From Octopus vulgaris (lineage: Eukaryota), in contig OX597828.1 in the NCBI GenBank assembly GCA_951406725.2, forward strand, positions 28,458,001 to 28,522,000: a stretch of 64,000 nt of DNA, read 5' to 3'. Below are positions 56,770 to 64,000 of the stretch, one piece after another (position 1 is the stretch's first letter; the number at the start of each line of letters is the position of its first letter). The position numbers and the translations under genes were made by a program. The notes beneath the pieces are model-generated. The model saw nothing but the letters and a program-made list of their open reading frames with translations. It was not told where the DNA came from and ran no database searches.

Positions 56770-57013
56770 GCAACAGAGTTCTTAGATATTACCAGTATGT
56801 TTGGTACAGGTGAAAGAGCTTTTGGTCACACAGAGAACTTTCATGTCTAATCATGCATTTATTTTCCACTTTTATTTTGTATTTTTTCTATCTTTAGTTT
56901 CAATCCAAACATAACAAGGAATAACTATGTTTGGCCCTTTTTCTTTTTCCTTATTTTCCATTTAACTTTGCTCTGATTCCCATTTCCTGTTCAACATTTT
57001 ATTGTATTTGACT

Positions 57014-57019
57014 AATAAA
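57014..57019 (+). terminator. Probable polyadenylation signal of the WDR4-like gene
   Basis: AATAAA about 245 nt after the stop codon, followed by a T/GT-rich stretch (cttttttgttttttgt). Confidence 0.55.
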
Positions 57020-57609
57020 AGTTGGGTTCTGATTCTGCCTTATAATCTTTTGTTTTTTGTTAATAATCATAAATTGCAACAGTGAGAATAAGTTTCTGGT
57101 TAATTGTATTATTTATTGTTCAGCCCTTTTTGTAATGGAATCACCGAAATGCAAAAAGAATTTATCTTTTGGGGTTTTTTCCAATCATTTAAGATGAAGA
57201 TGTGGGATGAATGAAAAACTTTCTATGTATAAGGTGTATGCATGTATATATATATATATATATATATATGAATATAGATAGATATGCATGTATGTAAATG
57301 TATATAAGTCAGTGAGTGTGTGTGTGTATTTACCTACATACACTCACACACACACTATATATATATCATCATCATCATCGTTTAGCGTCCGTTTTCCATG
57401 CTAGCATATATATATACATATATATATATACACACACATACACACACATGTGTGTAGGCTTTTGTAGTTGAGAAGTTTGTACTGCAACCATATAGTTTCA
57501 AGTTCAGTCCCACTGTGTGGCACCTTGGGCAAATGTCTTCTTCTATAGCCCCAGGCCAACCAAGGATTTGTGAGTGGATTTGGTAGAGGGATACTAGAAG
57601 ATGCCCATT

Positions 57610-58502
57610 GTATGTATGTATATGTATATATATATATGTATGTATGTATATATATACATGTATGTATGTATATACATATGTATATATATATGTGTATATA
57701 TATATGTATATATATGTATGTATATAAATATAGATATATATATATACATGTATATGTATATAAATATATATTGTGTGTGCATATATATATATATGTATGT
57801 GTATGTATATATATGTATGTATGTGTATGTATATATATGTATGTATTTATATGTATGTATGTGTGTATATATATATATATGTATGTGTATGTATATATAT
57901 ATGTATGTATGTGTATGTATATATATGTATGTATGTATATGTATGTATGTATATATATATATATATATATATATGAGTACATATGTATGTATATATGCAT
58001 ATGTGTATATGTATATATGCATATGTGTATATGTATATATACATATATATATATGTATATATACATATGTATATATATATATAAACATGTAATATATACA
58101 TATGTATATATATATAAACATGTAATATATACATATGTATATATATAAACATGTAATATATACATATATGTATGTATATATATACATACGTATGTATGTA
58201 TATATATAAATATACATGTATGTATATATATACATACATATATATGTATATATTACATGTTTATATATATACATATGTATATATTACATGTTTATATATA
58301 TATACATATGTATACATATGTATATATTACATGTTTATATATATATACATATGTATATATTACATGTTTATATATATACATATGTATATATTACATGTTT
58401 ATATATATATATACATATGTATATATTACATGTTTATATGTATACATATGTATATACATATATATATATATGCATATGTATGTGTATATATATATATATA
58501 TA
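57610..58502. repeat. TA/TG low-complexity array with internal inverted minisatellite
   Basis: Directly visible. Confidence 0.9.
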
Positions 58503-61477
58503 TGCCAAAACCTTCCCAGGTGAAGAATGTACCCCACAACATAGACTGGTAGTTAGTGACTTTAGGATCAGGACTAGGAGGACAACCAGAAGACGACAAA
58601 TATGGAGAAGAAGGATCTGGAAGCTTAAAGATCCTGCAAATGGACAGAGATTTAGGGACATATTACTTGAAGCCTCTGACGAAGTAGAAGGGGATAGAGC
58701 ATCACAGGGGGTAGAAGACAGCTGGACGTTTCTAAGGGACAACCTGCTGAGAGCCACTGACCAGATCTGTGGCTGGTGCAAAGTCCCCTCTCGACCTAGA
58801 ATAACGTGGTGGTGGAACAATATTGTAGACAGGGCTATTAGAGAAAAGAGACAGGCTTGGAAGGTCTGGAAAAATGGGGGTAGCAGGGAATTGTATCAGA
58901 CTGCCAAAAGAGAAGCTAGGAGACAGGTTTATTTAGCCAGAGGGGAAGCAGATAAGAAAAAATTTGCCAATGTTCTGCGCCGTGAGGACCAAAGACTGGA
59001 GGTGTTTCGTGTTGCAAGACAGTGTGTGAGAGAGAATCGTGATGTGGTAGGAGAGAAGTGTGTTCGCATGGAAGATGGTTCACTTGCGCTAAATGAGGAT
59101 GCAAAGAGAGAGGTTTGGAGATGCCACTATGAAAGGTTGCTGAATGAAGAAAATGAATGGGATAAAGAGAGTCTGCCGAATGTTGACCCAACAGAGGGAC
59201 CAGCTATCCGAGTTGATAGTTCTGTGGTAGCTAAGGCAATTAGAAGCATGAAGACAGGGAAAGCCCCAGGCCCATCAGGAATCACTGCAGAGATGCTCAA
59301 AATGTCTGGTAGTGTCGGCTATAGCCTAGTCACCCATATAGTTAATCAGGTGATACACAAAGGGGTCATACCCAATGACTGGTGTAGCAGTATAATAGTC
59401 AACTGCTACAAAGGTAAAGGTGATGCCCTAGATACAAACAACTACAGAGGTATCAAGCTGTTGGACCAGGTGATGAAGGTTACGGAGAGGGTCATAGCCC
59501 AACTAATTAGAGAGAGAGTTAGTTTAGATGAGATGCAGTTTGGGTTTGTGCCAGGGAAAAGTACTACTGATGCTATATTCCTGGTAAGGCAGCTGCAGGA
59601 GAAATACCTAGCCAAAGATAAGCCCCTGTACCTGGCTTTTGTTGACATGGAGAAAGCCTTCGACAGGGTCCCCCGATCCCTTATCTGGTGGGCAATGAGA
59701 AAACTAGGGATAGATGAATGGTTAGTGAGAGCTGTGCGGGCCATGTATAGGGACGCCGCTAGTAGGGTGAGGGTTGGAAATGAGTACAGTGAAGAATTCC
59801 GGGTAGAGGTAGGGGTCCACCAAGGCTCAGTACTCAGCCCCCTCCTATTTATCATAGTCCTCCAGGCAATAACGGAGGAATTCAAGACAGGATGCCCTTG
59901 GGAGCTCCTCTATGCTGATGACCTTGCTCTAATTGCTGAGTCGCTATCAGAACTGGAGGAGAAGTTTCAGGTGTGGAAACAAGGATTAGAATCGAAGGGC
60001 CTCAGAGTCAATCTAGCTAAAACCAAAGTCGTAATCAGTAGGAAGGTAGACAAATCACAAACACCTTCAGGTAGATGGCCCTGCTCGATCTGTAGAAAAG
60101 GTGTAGGTAGAAACTCTATAAGATGCACCAAGTGTAAGCTATGGACACATAAGAGATGCAGCAATGTCAAAGGAAGGCTAACTAGGAAGATGGTTTTTGT
60201 ATGTGGCAGATGCTCAGGAACAATAAACACTGAAAATGCTCTGAGACCAACTTCTGTCACTTTCCAGGGAGAAAAACTAGAAATAGTTGATAGTTTCCGT
60301 TACCTAGGTGACCAAGTCAGCAGCGGGGGCGGGTGTGCTGAAAGTGTAACTGCTAGAGTAAGAATAGCTTGGGCAAAGTTCAGAGAGCTCTTACCTCTGC
60401 TGGTGACAAAAGGCCTCTCGCACAGAGTGAAAGGCAGACTGTATGATGCGTGTGTACGAACAGCCATGCTACATGGCAGTGAAACATGGGCCGTGACTGC
60501 TGAGGATATGCGTAAGCTCGCTAGAAATGAAGCCAGTATGCTCCGATGGATGTGTAATGCCAGTACTCACACTCGGCAGAGTGTAAGTACCTTGAGAGAA
60601 AAGCTGGACCTAAGAAGCATCAGTTGTGGTGTGCAAGAGAGACGTTTGCGCTGGTATGGTCATGTGGCGAGAATGGATGAAGATAGTTGTGTGAAAAAGT
60701 GCCACACCCTAGCGGTTGAGGGAACCTGTGGAAGAGGCAGACCCAGGAAAACCTGGGACGAGGTGGTGAAGCACGACCTTCGAACTTTAGGTCTCACCGA
60801 GGAAATGACTAGAGACCGAGACCTCTGGAAGTGTGCTGTGCGCGAGAAGACCCGGCAGGACAAGTGAGTCCACAACCCGTGGCCTTCTACATGGGATGGA
60901 GCCAGCCTACGTATGCATACCTTCCCTTCTTGGGACACAAAACTCTACTTGTGAAGACATGTTGAGGCAAGTGAGGATCAGAATCGAAATCGATCAATGG
61001 AAATTGCGGATGTGCTACCAGTGCCGGTGGCATGTCGAAACTCTGCTTGTGAAGACCCATTGAGGCAAGTGAGGATCAGAATCGAAATCGATCAATGGAA
61101 ATCGATCAATGGAAATTGCAGATGTGTTACCAGTGCCGGTGGCATGTAAGAGAACCTTCCGTTTCGCGACCGTTGCCAGCACCGCCCCGTTTCGTGTTCG
61201 TTGCCAGCCTCGCCTGGCCCTCGTGCCGGTGGCACATAAAAAACACCATCCGTTCGTGGCCGTTTGCCAGCTCTGGCTGGCACCAGTGCGGGTGGCACGT
61301 AAAAAGCACCCACTACACTCACGGAGTGGTTGGCGTTAGGAAGGGCATCCAGCCGTAGAAACACTGCCAGATTTGACTGGGCCTGATGAAGCCTTCTGGC
61401 TTCACAGACCCCAGCAGAACCGTCCAACCCATGCTAGCATGGAAAGCGGACGCTAAATGATGATGATGATGATGATG
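58503..61477 (+). mobile_element. RTE-clade LINE, 5'-truncated, with open RT frame, 3' UTR and (GAT)n tail
   Basis: Uninterrupted frame to the stop at 60867 with the endonuclease C-terminal remnant (QHRLVV), [54 protein letters not shown] and RGRPRKTW. 3' UTR ends in gatgatgat. Flanked by (TA)n. The N-terminal part of the 883-aa ORF call is microsatellite read-through. Confidence 0.93.
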
Positions 61478-61592
61478 ATATATATATATACATATTTATG
61501 TATGTATGTATATATATACATATACATATTTATGTATATATGTATGTATGTATATATATATATATATACATATTTATGTATATATGTATGTT

Positions 61593-62295
61593 TTTAATCC
61601 TTAAATCCTTAAAAATGTTTTAACCCGAAGGCAGCGGCCATGCTGGGGCACCACCGCTGAATGAGCTACACTAATTTGTGAATCCACCTCTGATACGTGG
61701 CACTTGATCAACAAGGGAGTTCGATGCTGCTCCCCGCATCCGCATCTCCTGTCATGAGGTCGGTTCATCTGGGACTCCCAACAAGAAGAGATCCAGTTTA
61801 GTTTTAAAGAAACCCACATCCACACCATGTAAGTCTCTTAGGCATTTAGGGAGGATGTTAAAGAGCTGTGGTCCTCTGAAACCCAAGCTGTTGCAGTATC
61901 TGGACCTGTATTTTGATGGTGATGTTAGAATCCTTGGCACCATGCAGTGGCACCCCGTTCTGCGGTTGGGGTAACTTTGAATGCCAAAGTTTGGGACAAG
62001 ACTCTCCAGGATTTTCCAGATGTATATCACCGCATATCTCTCCTGCCTCCACTCTAGGGAGAAGAGGTTTAATACCTTCAGTCTTTCCCAGTAGCTGATA
62101 ATTTGCATTGAGACGATTTTCTTTGTGTAGCTTCTCTGAATTGCTTCGAGTTCTGCTGTTAGTTTTATATTGTGTGGTGACCACAGATGGGAGCAGTAGT
62201 CCAAGCGGCTGAGGACGAATGTTTTCCATAGGACCATTAGTGTCTCCTTCTCTCTTGTTCTGAAAGTTCAGAGAATCCATCCAGCTAGCCGTCTG

Positions 62296-62298
<3 letters not shown>
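61593..62298 (-). mobile_element. CR1/L2-group LINE 3' fragment
   Basis: ORF 61752-62237 ([15 protein letters not shown]...LEAIQRSYTK...SYWERLKVLNLFSLE..ERY) and short tandem tail (taaggatt)n. Confidence 0.8.
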
Positions 62299-62299
<1 letters not shown>

Positions 62300-62337
<38 letters not shown>

Positions 62338-62652
62338 GTATGTATGTATGTATATATATATACATATGTATGCATGTATATATATATATATACATATGTA
62401 TGCATGTATATATATATACATGTGTATGTATATGTATGTATATATCTATGTATGTACGTATCTATGTATATATGTATGTATATATATGTATCTATGTATG
62501 TGTATATATATATGTATGAATGTATATATATGTATGTGTATGTATATATATATATGTATAAATATGTATATATGTATGTGTATATATATATATATGTATA
62601 AATATATATATGTATTATATATATGTATATATATATATGTATATATATATAT

Positions 62653-62685
<33 letters not shown>

Positions 62686-62743
62686 TGTATATATATATAT
62701 ATATATATATACGTATATATATATGTATATATATATATGTACG

Positions 62744-62774
<31 letters not shown>

Positions 62775-63351
62775 GTATAGGTATATAAACACGTATATAT
62801 GTATATATACACATATATGTTATATTATGATATATATATGATTATATATATGTATGCTTATATATGTATATATACATATGTATATGTATATATAAATATA
62901 TGTATGTGTATGTATATGTATATATATTGTATATATATATGTATATATACACATATATATATATGTATATGTATATGCATATATACATATATATATATAT
63001 ACATATATATATGTGCATATATATACATATGTATGTACATATATATATATGTATGTGTATATATATTGTATATATGTATGTATATATACACATATATATT
63101 GTATATATGTACGTATATATACATATATATATATACATATGTATATATATACATATATATACATATGTATATGTATAAATACACATATATATACATATGT
63201 ATATGTATATATACATATATATATATGTTTATATATATACATATGTATGTACATACATATATATATATATGTATGTGTATATATATTTATATATGTATAT
63301 ATGTGTATGTATATGTATGTATGTATATATATGTGTATGCATATATATGTC

Positions 63352-63438
<87 letters not shown>
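62300..63438. repeat. TA/TG/CA low-complexity array
   Basis: Directly visible. Confidence 0.9.
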
Positions 63439-63439
<1 letters not shown>

Positions 63440-63850
63440 GACAACCCTATCAAATCCCTAATCGGTAGAACCTACCCTTTTAGTGGAACCCCCTGTACGG
63501 ATAGGAACTGTACTTTGTGTAGATTTAGCCCACAAACAAACTGTAAAGCCAGAAATGTAGTCTATAGTATAAGATGTATAGAGGGACAATGCAGTAACCA
63601 GACAACAACATACGTAGGGGAAAGGGCACGGAGCATAGGACACCGGGTAAATGAACAATGGAGAGAACTTAAGGAAGAAAAGAGCTCATCGGTTCTGTAC
63701 CAACACACCGAGCGGGAACATGAGGGCTCACTCACAACATAGAAGTTAAATCTTGTCCACACATTGAACAGACGCAACAATCAGACTGATTACGGAAGCT
63801 ACTCACATTATAGAAGATAAACCTAGCCTGAATAGGAAACTGGAATGGAA
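63440..63850 (+). mobile_element. Penelope-like element fragment (degenerate GIY-YIG endonuclease)
   Basis: C..CTLC...[14 protein letters not shown]...[16 protein letters not shown]...LYQH, and downstream EATHIIEDKPSLNR; contains a stop and a frameshift. Confidence 0.75.
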
Positions 63851-64000
63851 TACTAGCAGACACCACAGCATATGACAGAAGAAGATCCCCATAAACTGGT
63901 AACAATATAAACAAAACTAAAAACATAAAATACACAGATACATAAACAAATGGAAGTAAATAACTATATACATTAAAACAATAATAATAATAATAATAAG

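Noticed and set aside
58216-58502. N-terminus of the 883-aa ORF
   Set aside because: Microsatellite read-through; the LINE-derived frame begins at about 58503 and lacks most of the endonuclease.

Overview
Very AT-rich, microsatellite-saturated animal genomic DNA. The SINE and LINE families and the repeat load suggest a coleoid cephalopod such as Octopus (inference, not verified). Nearly all of the six-frame ORFs are translations of simple repeats. One host gene is recognisable: the last four coding exons of a WDR4/Trm82/wuho orthologue (non-catalytic subunit of the tRNA m7G46 methyltransferase) on the + strand at 32004-32188, 38013-38217, 55624-55708 and 56582-56769. Their splice phases are consistent and a poly(A) signal follows; upstream exons were not found. 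The rest is transposon-derived: an RTE LINE with an open RT frame and an inserted PHD-like finger, a Tx1/L1-like 3' fragment, R4/Dong-like, CR1-like and Penelope (GIY-YIG) fragments, mariner/Tc1 relics, two Helitron-like copies, a HINE-like element, palindromic MITE-like elements and at least four tRNA-derived SINE families. Best leads: (1) a Tx1-like LINE inserted twice in (GATA)n, with its empty site preserved in a neighbouring duplication and a 96-bp foldback; (2) SINE-LINE 3'-tail pairings visible within the window; (3) apparent partitioning of LINE clades among microsatellite types; (4) a candidate 33-nt stop-containing microexon masked by a downstream complementary arm; (5) CTCF-like motifs.
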